DNA of 64,000 bases from a virus (Duplodnaviria > Caudoviricetes). Each line of letters starts with the position of its first letter. Within the stretch, counting starts at the first letter, position 1. Below the pieces are notes generated by a model. That model was given only the letters and a program-made list of their open reading frames with translations, did not search any database and was not told where the DNA came from. The stretch lies in IMG/VR virus record IMGVR_UViG_2897748404_000006, positions 4,730-68,729 of that record; one strand, 5' to 3'. A program made the translations under genes and the position numbers. This document shows positions 18,416-28,231 of this stretch, piece after piece.

Positions 18416-19287
18416 GTTTTAACAGGTTTAAAGGCTGACCTCATTACTCTCATTATTCTTTGAGGGTCTAGGTTCAACATTAGTACTTTTGCTATATGCT
18501 TGTTGGTTTTGTATTCTCTTTTTGCTCTTTCCTTTTCGTTATATGGTACATTTCTTTTTCGCCTAATCGCTGCATAATAAATGTAATTTTCTAAGGGTTC
18601 TTTGTAGTACTTGTGTATTGTAATTGGTTGGTTTTTTACTGCTTTTTCATTAAGCCCGTCAGATAGGTATTGTAAAACAATATCCCTTCCGGCAAGGTTG
18701 CTGCTAAAAGAGATAACCCCTCGTCGTTGGTCAATGTCAAATTCCCCATGACGAGTAAACTTTGAGGTGTCCGCATTTATATTATAATCATGGGCGTAAT
18801 GATCGTGTCTTAAATATTCCGCATATCTATTTCCAAATTCATAAATTTTATGCCCTCTCCTAAAAGTGTTATTTCCGTCTACGTTTATGGGCGCACCTTC
18901 ACTATCAAAAATAATATCGTATTCATGGTCTTGTAAGTATGCTTTTCCCATGTGTATACTTGGATTGTAGTCTAATGTTTCAAGGTGAAAATCTTCACTA
19001 ATTACAGATACCTTTAAATAATCCACGTAGTCTTGAGGTAATATGAATTGCAAATCATCACCTATGTTAATCTCTAGTTCTATAACATCACCCTGACCAC
19101 TAAAAGCCATATCTCGAAGTCCTGCAACTGCATACTTCTTTAGCAAAAACCGATCTACATTTTTTAAATAACTATCGGTGTCCGCTTGTGACTCTAAAAC
19201 CAAAGAATCTAACACCTCTGTTAATGGGAAAAACTGATACGATCCGTAATTATTTGGGTCGCTATAATATTCTTGTCCTGTTTGCAT
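18412..19287 (-). CDS. Tail ring/tubular (head-tail adaptor) protein
   Basis: LPQDYVDY, IVLQYLSDGL, VPYNEKERAKRE motifs; synteny. Confidence 0.65.
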   Translation of the reverse strand: MQTGQEYYSDPNNYGSYQFFPLTEVLDSLVLESQADTDSYLKNVDRFLLKKYAVAGLRDMAFSGQGDVIELEINIGDDLQFILPQDYVDYLKVSVISEDFHLETLDYNPSIHMGKAYLQDHEYDIIFDSEGAPINVDGNNTFRRGHKIYEFGNRYAEYLRHDHYAHDYNINADTSKFTRHGEFDIDQRRGVISFSSNLAGRDIVLQYLSDGLNEKAVKNQPITIHKYYKEPLENYIYYAAIRRKRNVPYNEKERAKREYKTNKHIAKVLMLNLDPQRIMRVMRSAFKPVKT

Positions 19288-19289
19288 AA

Positions 19290-20003
19290 TTATGAGGCAT
19301 TTTCTTGTTGATATTTTTGGTTTTCTTCTGCCGCCATATAAGCCGTTAGGTCAGGTTCTTTCAGGTTGATGCCTAGTTTTACGAGTACTCTTCTTATTAA
19401 GGCTTCCTCTTCGCTTGGATGCATATCTACATCCTGAAAATCGGACGCACTAGGATTATATAATTCAGAGTTATTAACTATGGTATACGTCCATTTTGGC
19501 ACTAAGGGACTTCTTAGAAAACAAACCTTTAAGGGATCGTAAGTACTGTTTATTGGGTCTAACAAGTCGGGTAGTATCTGTAAGTTATTTCCCTTTCTTA
19601 AATAAACAGGGCAGGATCTGTCCGGTATTATGTCTGTTTGATTTTTGACCAGATAAAATATTCGGCTGTTTTTTGCGCTTTCTATCTCAATCTCTTCTAA
19701 GAAAACACCGTCAAGATATCTAAGGTTTTCAGGTAGGGTATATACCCCGTCTAAAGTTGTTATTTCCTGTTCGGACAAATAGTATTGTATCTTTTCCCTT
19801 AAATAGTCCGGTACGTCTGCAAAGTCAGTATTAGTAAGCCCTCTATTAGATCGGGTTAATAATCTATTAAGTTCAAAAAAGTATTCTTCGTACCTCTCTA
19901 ACATTGCATTATATAAGGCAATATTATATTCTTGAGGCGTAACATTTCCCCTCAACTCATTGTTAGAAATTACCAGTATAGTTTTATAAATATTATCTAT
20001 CAT
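19290..20003 (-). CDS. Tail ring/adaptor protein
   Basis: G.VTPQEYN, P..PKWTY, YNPSAS.D..MHPSEE motifs; synteny. Confidence 0.65.
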   Translation of the reverse strand: MIDNIYKTILVISNNELRGNVTPQEYNIALYNAMLERYEEYFFELNRLLTRSNRGLTNTDFADVPDYLREKIQYYLSEQEITTLDGVYTLPENLRYLDGVFLEEIEIESAKNSRIFYLVKNQTDIIPDRSCPVYLRKGNNLQILPDLLDPINSTYDPLKVCFLRSPLVPKWTYTIVNNSELYNPSASDFQDVDMHPSEEEALIRRVLVKLGINLKEPDLTAYMAAEENQKYQQENAS

Positions 20004-20024
20004 AATCAGTAATTATTATCAATC

Positions 20025-20052
20025 AAAAAAACCCCCTTATCACAGGGGTTTT
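20025..20052 (-). terminator. Rho-independent terminator
   Basis: Minus strand reads AAAACCCCTGTGATAAGGGGGTTTTTTT. Confidence 0.7.
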
Positions 20053-20093
20053 AAGGGAAAAACAAAAAATCGAAACCAGTCAATTTTAATCTT

Positions 20094-20891
20094 CTAAGCT
20101 GTTTTACGGCTCACTGTCTTTTTTGCTTTGCTTCTTACGGGTCTTGACGCAGTAGAGAGTCTTTGAATTCTCTTATTGATCTCAAGAAAAAGATCATTGC
20201 CTTTATCGTCAACGATGTAATCAACAACCGTGGCTACTTGTTTTTTACCTAGTGTGATAGGCATAACAATTTCCCGCGTATCTCCCCAAACAACATTTGT
20301 TTTACTTGGGTCTACAGAGAGAATGTTATTACTAAAAGCAAGCATCACGTAATATGCTGTTTCTGTTTTAGGATCACGCAAAGCTTTTAATACCCTGTCA
20401 GGGTCTTTTTGCGCTTGTTTATAACAGATTAGTTTTTTCTTGGAAGGTGTAAAATATGCTGCATTTACCGTACTGCTTGTCAAGGCTTGTGCTAACGCAG
20501 AATAATCTTCTAATTCTCCTAAAAGCGTCTTAACTTCGTCAACTTTTTCTAATGCTGCTAACTCTGCCACTGCTTCCGCTTCTGGATCATCAAGTTTAAA
20601 AACTGTGTTGTATTCGGGATGATTTTCTAAATACTCTATAAGTATTGAGTCGCTTTTGTTTACGCTTAGTTTGCCCTCTTCAAACCACAACTGTTTTACT
20701 TTTGGCTCGATCTCTTTTGGGTAATCTTCTTTCCAAATAGAGTGTCCCCCCATAACATAAATCATTTGACGTAACCCAATGCTTTTACCGTCTACAATTC
20801 GATTTTTAAAAACATTATTTGTTCTAAGCTGCCAACTAATAGGTTGTTTTTTGCTTTTTAAAACATAATATCTTACTGCTTCATTTTCCAT
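20094..20891 (-). CDS. Conserved capsid-adjacent virion/assembly protein
   Basis: FEEGKLSV...L.EYLENHP motif; directly after the MCP as in crAss-like phages. Confidence 0.55.
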   Translation of the reverse strand: MENEAVRYYVLKSKKQPISWQLRTNNVFKNRIVDGKSIGLRQMIYVMGGHSIWKEDYPKEIEPKVKQLWFEEGKLSVNKSDSILIEYLENHPEYNTVFKLDDPEAEAVAELAALEKVDEVKTLLGELEDYSALAQALTSSTVNAAYFTPSKKKLICYKQAQKDPDRVLKALRDPKTETAYYVMLAFSNNILSVDPSKTNVVWGDTREIVMPITLGKKQVATVVDYIVDDKGNDLFLEINKRIQRLSTASRPVRSKAKKTVSRKTA

Positions 20892-20902
20892 GTTTATATA
20901 TT

Positions 20903-20933
20903 AAAAAGGGGAAGGGTTTAAAGTTTCCCCTTT
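20903..20933 (-). terminator. Terminator/hairpin after the major capsid gene
   Basis: AAAGGGGAA...TTCCCCTTT inverted repeat with a T-run on the minus strand. Confidence 0.65.
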
Positions 20934-20942
20934 GTGTGTTGC

Positions 20943-22268
20943 TTATCGTTTTACTACGATAAATTCATTAGCCCCAACAACTTGGTTTGTTTGTTCAGAG
21001 ATATATTGAACTTCCATTTTGTCCTCTCTGATTTCAGTACCAGGTAATCCAAATATTTTAGTTCGGATTTGTCTGTTTACGTCCCCTTGTTGTCTGTATC
21101 TAATACAGATATATGGCGCTGCTTCTTTCGATCCTGTCTCGTTGGTAACTTCTCTTTCTCCCGCAGGCACAAATAATGCGGCTACGTTAGTTTGCAGGAA
21201 GTTTGCGCCCCCCATAACTGTAGGATCATTTAATAGTTTCCAATCTGTTAAGTGGAAAGAAATACCGTTTCGGCTAAAAGATTCAAAGTCTAAATGAATC
21301 GCAAGGTCTTTGGAGTTGTTAAACACCCCGTAGTTTGCGCCAGTATCAGCATATCTATTTACTGCTCCTAAGATGTTACTCATTAGGATTCTTTGGTCTT
21401 GGTCACACCATCCTGTATATGAAGTCGCGTCGCCTTGTCTTCTAATACGCTTAGTATATGCATCGATTTCGTCAAGGGTTCTTATGTAGTCATTTCCTAC
21501 ATTTCCTCGTTCCTCTACAATCGGAACAATACCATTCATCCCGCCTAATCCTGCGGTGTCTGCTGCTGAACCTGACTCTGCTCTTTTACTAAAGATGTGC
21601 GTTAATTCTTGTTTGTTCTGGAATTTAATACGGTTACGTTCCAGTTCGTAACTATACCACATATCTTGCCCTTCAGGGGTAGAAAGCCACGTGGCATGAG
21701 CCATGTCACTCTCCGCAACATCGTAGAATTCTTTGATTATGTGTGTGTAGTTCGTATAAATGTCTGGATCGTAAGTATACCCTTGGGTAAACCCTGCTGT
21801 CCCTTTTCCCCACTCACTTGAGAAAATAGAAATGTTTACGTTTCCAGTAAAAGAAAACGCTCCTGCCTCTCTGTTGGCAACAACAAATTCCGAAGTACTA
21901 TTTACGGCTGTTACAACCCCTTGTGCTTCGGTTGTTCCATCAGAGATTAAAATAGCGTCATTCACCCTTATGTTACTTGCTGCTCCACCAGAAGTAGTAA
22001 ACGTACTTCCTGCTACAGTAACATCGGTTAAAAAATTCATTAAACGGGATTGCTCACCGTGTAATACAACATCAGAGTTATAGGCTTTTTCTGCTCCAAC
22101 GATTTTACAGAAACCAGTAATTAAACCGTTACCGTATCGTGGGTGCAAACCCAAAACTTTGTTTGGTTCGTATTGTGTCGCATAATCATATTGCGATATA
22201 TAATTGAAGGATGTACGCAAGACTCCACTAGGAGACGTTACGACACCCGGATTTGGTAATAATGCCAT
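20943..22268 (-). CDS. Major capsid protein (HK97 fold)
   Basis: 441 aa after the scaffold gene; SEWGKGT, NYTHIIKE.Y.V..SD, DWKLLNDPT motifs as in Bacteroidota podovirus MCPs. Confidence 0.85.
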   Translation of the reverse strand: MALLPNPGVVTSPSGVLRTSFNYISQYDYATQYEPNKVLGLHPRYGNGLITGFCKIVGAEKAYNSDVVLHGEQSRLMNFLTDVTVAGSTFTTSGGAASNIRVNDAILISDGTTEAQGVVTAVNSTSEFVVANREAGAFSFTGNVNISIFSSEWGKGTAGFTQGYTYDPDIYTNYTHIIKEFYDVAESDMAHATWLSTPEGQDMWYSYELERNRIKFQNKQELTHIFSKRAESGSAADTAGLGGMNGIVPIVEERGNVGNDYIRTLDEIDAYTKRIRRQGDATSYTGWCDQDQRILMSNILGAVNRYADTGANYGVFNNSKDLAIHLDFESFSRNGISFHLTDWKLLNDPTVMGGANFLQTNVAALFVPAGEREVTNETGSKEAAPYICIRYRQQGDVNRQIRTKIFGLPGTEIREDKMEVQYISEQTNQVVGANEFIVVKR

Positions 22269-22280
22269 CGTGTTTTAATT

Positions 22281-23501
22281 TTACGGGTTAAATGGAAATT
22301 TAACAGAGAACCCGCCACTTGGACGAACTCCCACCTCTCCGTAACCATTCTTCGCTTTTGGCTCTGTTGGTTTTGGATTGGTTGTAAAATCGATGTTTCG
22401 TTCTTCTTTTAATACACTATTCACACCTAAACTATAGGCTTGTTGAACCATGCTTTTTTGTACTTTTTCCCAATTTTTCGGATTCCCAAAAAACAAAGCC
22501 TGATTAAGTTCTTTGTGTTTTAATCCTCCCTCTTCGTTTATGTATGGTAACAGCAACTTATCTAAGTCATTTGACCCTGCCAACATTTCTTGTTTGTCTG
22601 GATCGGTAAAATCATAGTTAAGTTTATGTGTCTTATTACCTGTTGCATCGGATATTACTAAATCAATTTCCACTCCCTTTAATTCACTAACCGCTTGGCT
22701 GCTTGATTGTAGATACTCTTCTCTTAGTTTTTGATGTTCTTCCTTAGAAATTTGCTGACCACCAATAGTAATAGTCTCACCATTCGGTTGAGATTTTTCA
22801 GTAGGTTTTTCAGTTTTCTCTAAAGGAGTAAGGTATTTTTCTTGCTCTGCTTTTAATTCATTCTTAAAAGTATTCGCAAGTACTTTTAAACGTAGTTTAT
22901 CTTTATGTTCTAAGTCGTCAAGGTCTTCTGTATCAACCCCAAGTTCTTGAGATAATAATATTCTTAAATCTTCTGTGTTTAGATTGATGCCTTTATTATC
23001 ATTTTTGATCTTATCAAAGGCTAATTGCATATCACTTTTATTATCGTGATTTTCATTTAGTTTGATCCAATCCTGCATCCCGCGACCAGTTTCCTTTTTG
23101 AAGTTTAAAAACTTCTGTGTCTCTTCGTCATATTCGGGTTGCACTTCCTTTACAACTTCTTTTTCAATTTCTTTTGTTAAAGATTGGTTGTACTCTTCAA
23201 TTGTTTTAAAAGAGGTGTTGCTTTTTTTGTTTAGGAAGTTTAATATTTCGGCTTCTTTATCTACTACAGGCGTAGGACTTCCTACATCGTTGTTTTCTTG
23301 TTCTGGTTTTTGCTCTGGTTCTGCCTGTGGTTCAGGTGTTGGAGTTTCTTCTTGCTGTGGTTCTGGCGTTGGTGGAGGTGTTGGCTCTGACTCATTAGTC
23401 GGCTCTGATTGTGGTGTGTCTGCAACTTTTTCAGGAGTAATTACCCCGTCAAAATCTCCAGTTTCCATTTTATCAAAATCATATGATACTCCAATAGCCA
23501 T
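22281..23501 (-). CDS. Capsid scaffolding protein
   Basis: Acidic P/E-rich N-terminus, FLNFKKETGRG..DW motif, immediately upstream of the MCP. Confidence 0.7.
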   Translation of the reverse strand: MAIGVSYDFDKMETGDFDGVITPEKVADTPQSEPTNESEPTPPPTPEPQQEETPTPEPQAEPEQKPEQENNDVGSPTPVVDKEAEILNFLNKKSNTSFKTIEEYNQSLTKEIEKEVVKEVQPEYDEETQKFLNFKKETGRGMQDWIKLNENHDNKSDMQLAFDKIKNDNKGINLNTEDLRILLSQELGVDTEDLDDLEHKDKLRLKVLANTFKNELKAEQEKYLTPLEKTEKPTEKSQPNGETITIGGQQISKEEHQKLREEYLQSSSQAVSELKGVEIDLVISDATGNKTHKLNYDFTDPDKQEMLAGSNDLDKLLLPYINEEGGLKHKELNQALFFGNPKNWEKVQKSMVQQAYSLGVNSVLKEERNIDFTTNPKPTEPKAKNGYGEVGVRPSGGFSVKFPFNP

Positions 23502-23525
23502 AAGTTTATCTTATATAATGTCTTA

Positions 23526-23533
23526 CAAATATA
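23526..23533 (-). promoter_or_regulatory. Bacteroidota sigma70 -7 element (TATATTTG) for the capsid operon
   Basis: Matches TAnnTTTG on the minus strand, 25 bp upstream of the scaffold ATG. Confidence 0.55.
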
Positions 23534-23861
23534 GATAAAATCTATTGTAATTCAAATACTCATAGATTATTCTTATATACATAAAGGTATCGGGTGATCA
23601 AAATGAATTATGGTTTTCCGTAAAGAAAATTACGGTATAACCTTACAAAAAATGAGGGTTTTTTGCATTTTAATTTATTGTATTACAGACATTTAACAAT
23701 TTATTTTTTTAATTATTCATTTCAAAAAACTGAAATCTGACGTTTTGCAGGTTAATATTTTGTTAAAAATGTGGAAAAAACCACCAAATTTGCCAAAAAA
23801 ATCGGCGAAATTACACCTAAAATAGGAGAAATACTATGGTGTTTTTACAGAAATATTTCTA

Positions 23862-23869
23862 TAGTTTTG
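23862..23869 (+). promoter_or_regulatory. Bacteroidota -7 element (TAGTTTTG) upstream of the lipopeptide gene
   Basis: Matches TAnnTTTG. Confidence 0.45.
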
Positions 23870-23940
23870 CTTGTAAATCAATGCTTTGGAAGTATTGAAT
23901 ATGAAACATAAAGAATCCTTAAATTTTAAAAATTTAAACT

Positions 23941-24108
23941 ATGAGAAATTTGCCAATTTATTTAAAAGCTATTTTCCTATTTTTAACCATCACTATTTTA
24001 ACAAGCTGTGAATCTGAATCTCTAAATGAAGAAATAGGAATAAATGAACAAGATACATTCCAAATTGACAAAGACGAACTACAACACCCAGACGACAGGG
24101 GAAACTAA
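23941..24108 (+). CDS. Small lipoprotein/peptide precursor (55 aa)
   Basis: Below the ORF-track cutoff. MRNLPIYLKAIFLFLTITILTSC-ESESLNEEIGINEQDTFQIDKDELQHPDDRGN: signal peptide II with lipobox LTSC and an acidic tail. Confidence 0.75.
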   Translation: MRNLPIYLKAIFLFLTITILTSCESESLNEEIGINEQDTFQIDKDELQHPDDRGN

Positions 24109-24679
24109 TATTATAATAATTATACTTACTATAGGTGCAATAGTAGCTGCTATTGCACCTTTTTTACATATTTTATGTTCAAAAGAATCTAAAATAGAAC
24201 TTTTTGGATTTAGAAATGCAAGAATGTTTTTCTATGCAATTGGTTTGCCCGTCACACTTTTAATTAGTTCAATTATACTATCCTATATTTCCAACTTTAT
24301 TGGAATCAAAAAAATAAATCAAGCAGTCAGGAGTATTGCTTTTATTTTTCTTTCAGTCTCTTTCTACTATATCGTATGGACATTTTGGGCTAAAGCGGAT
24401 TTTCCACCAATAGTATACTATGGTATGATAATCTTAATTGCTTGCTCATTTGGTTTTTGTATGAATAAATTTCTTAGATATATATCCACCAGTACGAAGA
24501 GACTATTAGAGATATCAAACAAAATTCCTAATCTAGATTTACGAATAAAAACAGTTAATGATATTGCTAATATAATGCCAGATGATAATGAAGACTTAGT
24601 TACCTATAAAACAATGGTTGATGTAACTGGCGACAATTTAAAAGAAACAATTACAGAAATTAAAAAAGACCTGAATTAA
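24044..24679 (+). CDS. Membrane protein with 4 predicted TM helices and a C-terminal soluble helical domain
   Basis: Four hydrophobic stretches; overlaps the peptide gene, so the true start is uncertain. Confidence 0.75.
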   Translation: MNKIHSKLTKTNYNTQTTGETNIIIIILTIGAIVAAIAPFLHILCSKESKIELFGFRNARMFFYAIGLPVTLLISSIILSYISNFIGIKKINQAVRSIAFIFLSVSFYYIVWTFWAKADFPPIVYYGMIILIACSFGFCMNKFLRYISTSTKRLLEISNKIPNLDLRIKTVNDIANIMPDDNEDLVTYKTMVDVTGDNLKETITEIKKDLN

Positions 24680-24888
24680 TGGCGAGCAAGAATAATCAAA
24701 ATAACTTGTCAAGAAAAGAACTTCTTAGAAAACTAAAACGTGAATTTGAAGAATCTGAAACCCTTCAATGGTTTATTGAAGTTGAAATTAAGAGGTTAAC
24801 TTCGAAAGGTAGCAACTATGAAGAAATAAAAAAACTAGCAAAACTTTCAGAAGAACAAATTTTTAAATCGAAAAAGAAAAAAGAATGA
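24679..24888 (+). CDS. Small basic helical protein (69 aa)
   Basis: Coupled (TAATG) to the membrane protein gene. Confidence 0.65.
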   Translation: MASKNNQNNLSRKELLRKLKREFEESETLQWFIEVEIKRLTSKGSNYEEIKKLAKLSEEQIFKSKKKKE

Positions 24889-24892
24889 GAAA

Positions 24893-25345
24893 TCAAGAAA
24901 CATCGTTGTTTTCCTTTAGACCTGTAAGATAACTAGAAATTATGTCATAAAATTTATCATCTTTTATGAGTTCTAGTAATTTTTGAGAAGCAAACGTATT
25001 GATCTCTTTACCAATTATATACTTAAATGCGCTCTGTATCTCTTCATCAACAGTTATTAAACGAATTAATTTATCCTTTAATTTTTCGTCGACATCATTT
25101 TCTTGTAGTATTACTTCTTTTGGCTTACTGATCGTCGTAGAATCAGAAACTTTTAGTTCACCTTTTATAAGCCAGTTAAGATTTACATCAGGGTAATATG
25201 ATATAAATTTTAATATGTTATCTTCTGTTATACCGCTCTTACTATCCAATACGCCCCTAGTAATACCAGTCTCTTTGTAAAACTTGTATTTTGTTATACC
25301 CTTGGCGGCAATATACTCAAGCATCCTTTTCTTTATAGACGACAT
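24893..25345 (-). CDS. CI/Xre-like phage repressor (Bacteroidota type)
   Basis: IKKRMLEYI..KGITKYKFYKETGITRGVL...I.KFISYYPDVNLNWLIKG HTH; no recognisable S24 peptidase domain. Confidence 0.85.
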   Translation of the reverse strand: MSSIKKRMLEYIAAKGITKYKFYKETGITRGVLDSKSGITEDNILKFISYYPDVNLNWLIKGELKVSDSTTISKPKEVILQENDVDEKLKDKLIRLITVDEEIQSAFKYIIGKEINTFASQKLLELIKDDKFYDIISSYLTGLKENNDVS

Positions 25346-25383
25346 TTTTTGTTCTTTTTATAGTATAAACAGATTATTTTGCT

Positions 25384-25447
25384 TATATTTGGTATATTAA
25401 CCAATATATTATAACAAACATACAACATATTACGGTTAAACCGTAAT
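25384..25447. promoter_or_regulatory. Divergent promoter/operator switch region
   Basis: Plus-strand TATATTTG at 25384-25391, minus-strand TATGTTTG at 25415-25422, and palindrome ATTACGGTT-A-AACCGTAAT at 25429-25447. Confidence 0.65.
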
Positions 25448-25496
25448 TTATTACTCATATTTAACAGTATCTACTAACAAATTTAACTAAAGAGTT

Positions 25497-25775
25497 ATGC
25501 TAAAAAAAGAAATATACAATAAAAATCGGGTATTATCTCCTTTTTACACTTCAACCATGTCATACGAGAATGATATTTTTGATCTTTTGCGTATCGACCC
25601 TAATCATTTTGAAGAATGTGTAAGAAACCATAAAACCTATGCGCTTTTATTAAGAAACTGGATTAAGGAGTGTTCGGAACAAAACACCCCTACTAATAAG
25701 GTTGCAAAAAATATAGTACAGTCAGGAGTATTATACTATATGGGATTAACACCTACCTTAAAATTTAGAACTTGA
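25497..25775 (+). CDS. Hypothetical protein (start may be the Met at 25557)
   Basis: ORF track; divergent from the repressor. Confidence 0.6.
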   Translation: MLKKEIYNKNRVLSPFYTSTMSYENDIFDLLRIDPNHFEECVRNHKTYALLLRNWIKECSEQNTPTNKVAKNIVQSGVLYYMGLTPTLKFRT

Positions 25776-25910
25776 TATAATAATCCTATCATAAAGCTAC
25801 TCACGGCTTAACGACAAAAACAATCGTCATATCATTTTTGAAGTATTGAATATACTATACACTCACATCTAGTATACATACTTCTATAGAACTTGATATA
25901 CATATAGGAT

Positions 25911-26141
25911 ATGAACAGATTAAATACAAGACAGCGAGTAGAAAGCTGGCTAAATACCTTTGGTCACTTGTTTAATAAAAATGCGCTTGAACGAGAAGTA
26001 AATATATCTAAAGGAATTTTACAAAAACACTTAAAATATGGCAGGAAGATAACCAACGAGGACATTATAGAGTTAAGAAAATTAATGAAAGAATTTAATG
26101 ACTTTTTTAAAAGAGTTGAGCACTCTAAAAAAAACCAATAA
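25911..26141 (+). CDS. Small Cro-like HTH protein
   Basis: NKNALEREVNISKGILQKHLKYGRKI resembles an HTH. Confidence 0.55.
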   Translation: MNRLNTRQRVESWLNTFGHLFNKNALEREVNISKGILQKHLKYGRKITNEDIIELRKLMKEFNDFFKRVEHSKKNQ

Positions 26142-26250
26142 ATCCTATTATATAATCTTATAAAGGAAGGCAGGAGTAATACCTACATAAGTGAGTTTGT
26201 GTATAACCCCAATTTAATTGCTCCTGTGTCCTTTTTAATTTAACTCTTAT

Positions 26251-26427
26251 ATGCTACCAGACCATTTAGACGAAATACCTCCAGAGTTTCTTTTTGCCAA
26301 CTTAAAGGATTTAAACATAGATATAGGCGAATTTATGTATCAGCTTTTAAACGATAATCCAGAAGCCATAAAAATTTATATTAACATATATATAAAACAT
26401 AATACTAGTAAGCCCCCAGAGTCTTAA
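26251..26427 (+). CDS. Small hypothetical protein (58 aa)
   Basis: Hand translation MLPDHLDEIPPEFLFANLKDLNIDIGEFMYQLL...; below the track cutoff. Confidence 0.4.
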   Translation: MLPDHLDEIPPEFLFANLKDLNIDIGEFMYQLLNDNPEAIKIYINIYIKHNTSKPPES

Positions 26428-26773
26428 CCGAACTCTAAATTTCATAAAACCTACTTATGCATTTTGGTATAAAAGGACATTTCCAGATTGTTCGTTTTAA
26501 AAAGCGTTACAGATATCTGTAAGGATTTTATTTAAAGTTGTTTTACTTTTACAATGAAAAACAACTTGTGTTTAATAACCTAAAAACCAAACCTATGAAA
26601 CAATACCAAATTACCCCTAAGTAGAATCGCATAATACCCCTTTTAAGACAATTAAATTATAGCGCTGTAATTATTGTTTTAAACTCTAAGGCTTTTCTAC
26701 TTTATCAAACCCAATATATTACTTCGGGCTTGATATTTTTTAACATAAATAGTAACCATTAAATTGACTCAAA

Positions 26774-28219
26774 ATGAACAAATCATTTGTATGGGGCTTG
26801 CTATGCATTGCCCTGACCTATGCGCAGACTTCTTTTGCGCAGGACTGTACTGAAAAAGTCGCAGTCGCCAAAGATTATTTACCTGTTTTAGAATTCCTAA
26901 CAACAGAGCACAAAAAAGATTTAAAGGAAAGCATTATTCAATGCGCTAACAACGGAAACGAAGAGGCGCAATACACTATTGCAGTCCTTAATCTTTCAAT
27001 TAACCCAAGTGAAGGGCAACAAAAACTTTCTTTTACAACTATTAAGCAAAGGGCTGAAAGTGGAGATACTTCCGCGTTTGGAAAACTTGCTATGTTGTAT
27101 AAAAAAGGAATAGGAACAGACGTGAATTTAACTGAATCATATAAGTGGTTTGATAGAGCCGCAGGAGATGGCGATTCGTTTTCTACGTATGCATTAGGTT
27201 ATTTTCAAATGAAAGGTCTTGGAGAGGCAAGACAAGACTATTCAGGCGCACAAGATTGGTTTCAATCTGGAGATGAACCAATGGCTGAACTTTGGTTTTA
27301 TGTTATGCGATATTTTGGCTATGGCATTTCAGCAAACAAACCACAAGCAATTAACGCTCTTAATGCGTTGAATACCCCTGAAAGCAATACATTGGCTCAT
27401 TATTTAAGAAACCAATACGTTGAACCCTCTTCCCTGTCAAGTATAGAGGATTTTGTTATAAAAAACATGGATAACCCATTGTATAACAATCCTACAGGAA
27501 CAGCTTACGACACTAGCACCGACTTAAAAAATGAGTACACAGGGAAGTTAGTTGAAATGGACTGGAAAAAACAAACACCAACCAGAGTAATAAACGAGTT
27601 CAAATTAAAAATCTTAGATAGAGAATCATACTATCCCAGATACTCTATAACCATAGGAACAACAACTAAGACAGGTGCATTAAAAATTAATTCAGGAAGC
27701 CTACAATTAGAAAATCTTACTTTTCCTATTGAGGAATTATACAGAACAAATCCAGACAGGGATTTTGTAACGCTTAAACTTGGAGGAATAGACTTGAGTT
27801 ACGTTAAAAGCACACCTACAGAACCAAGTGAAGCCAAAGAAGTGGGACGTTTACACGCCTCTATTGTAGAGTACGATGACGAACCCGCACCACCTATATT
27901 CTTATTCCTCGATGCAGTAGATAAAGAACCAGAAGTACCGACACCACCAACACCTCCCGCAGTTGCAGAAATCACAAGTGTTTCACCTAATCCAACAAGA
28001 GGTAGAATTACGGTTCATTATTCAAAACCGGAAATAGCGGACTCATATTTAGTTTTAGATCAAGGAGCGAGAGAACTTGCAGTTTCAAAAATAAACACTA
28101 AAACAGGAGATTTTCAACATTCGTTTGACGACCTACTCTTCTATCCTTCAGGAGTTTATTACGTGAGGCTTTTTATAAATGGCAGAGCTGTAGACACTAA
28201 ACAAGTTGTTAAACAATAA
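26774..28219 (+). CDS. Secreted Sel1-repeat protein with a T9SS type-A C-terminal sorting domain
   Basis: Signal peptide; Sel1 repeats (LAMLYKKGIGTDVNLTESYKWFDRAA, LGYFQMKGLG..QDY..A.DWF); CTD VSPNPTRG...YPSGVYYVRLFING...TKQVVKQ. Confidence 0.9.
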   Translation: MNKSFVWGLLCIALTYAQTSFAQDCTEKVAVAKDYLPVLEFLTTEHKKDLKESIIQCANNGNEEAQYTIAVLNLSINPSEGQQKLSFTTIKQRAESGDTSAFGKLAMLYKKGIGTDVNLTESYKWFDRAAGDGDSFSTYALGYFQMKGLGEARQDYSGAQDWFQSGDEPMAELWFYVMRYFGYGISANKPQAINALNALNTPESNTLAHYLRNQYVEPSSLSSIEDFVIKNMDNPLYNNPTGTAYDTSTDLKNEYTGKLVEMDWKKQTPTRVINEFKLKILDRESYYPRYSITIGTTTKTGALKINSGSLQLENLTFPIEELYRTNPDRDFVTLKLGGIDLSYVKSTPTEPSEAKEVGRLHASIVEYDDEPAPPIFLFLDAVDKEPEVPTPPTPPAVAEITSVSPNPTRGRITVHYSKPEIADSYLVLDQGARELAVSKINTKTGDFQHSFDDLLFYPSGVYYVRLFINGRAVDTKQVVKQ

Positions 28220-28231
28220 AACTATCCTATT

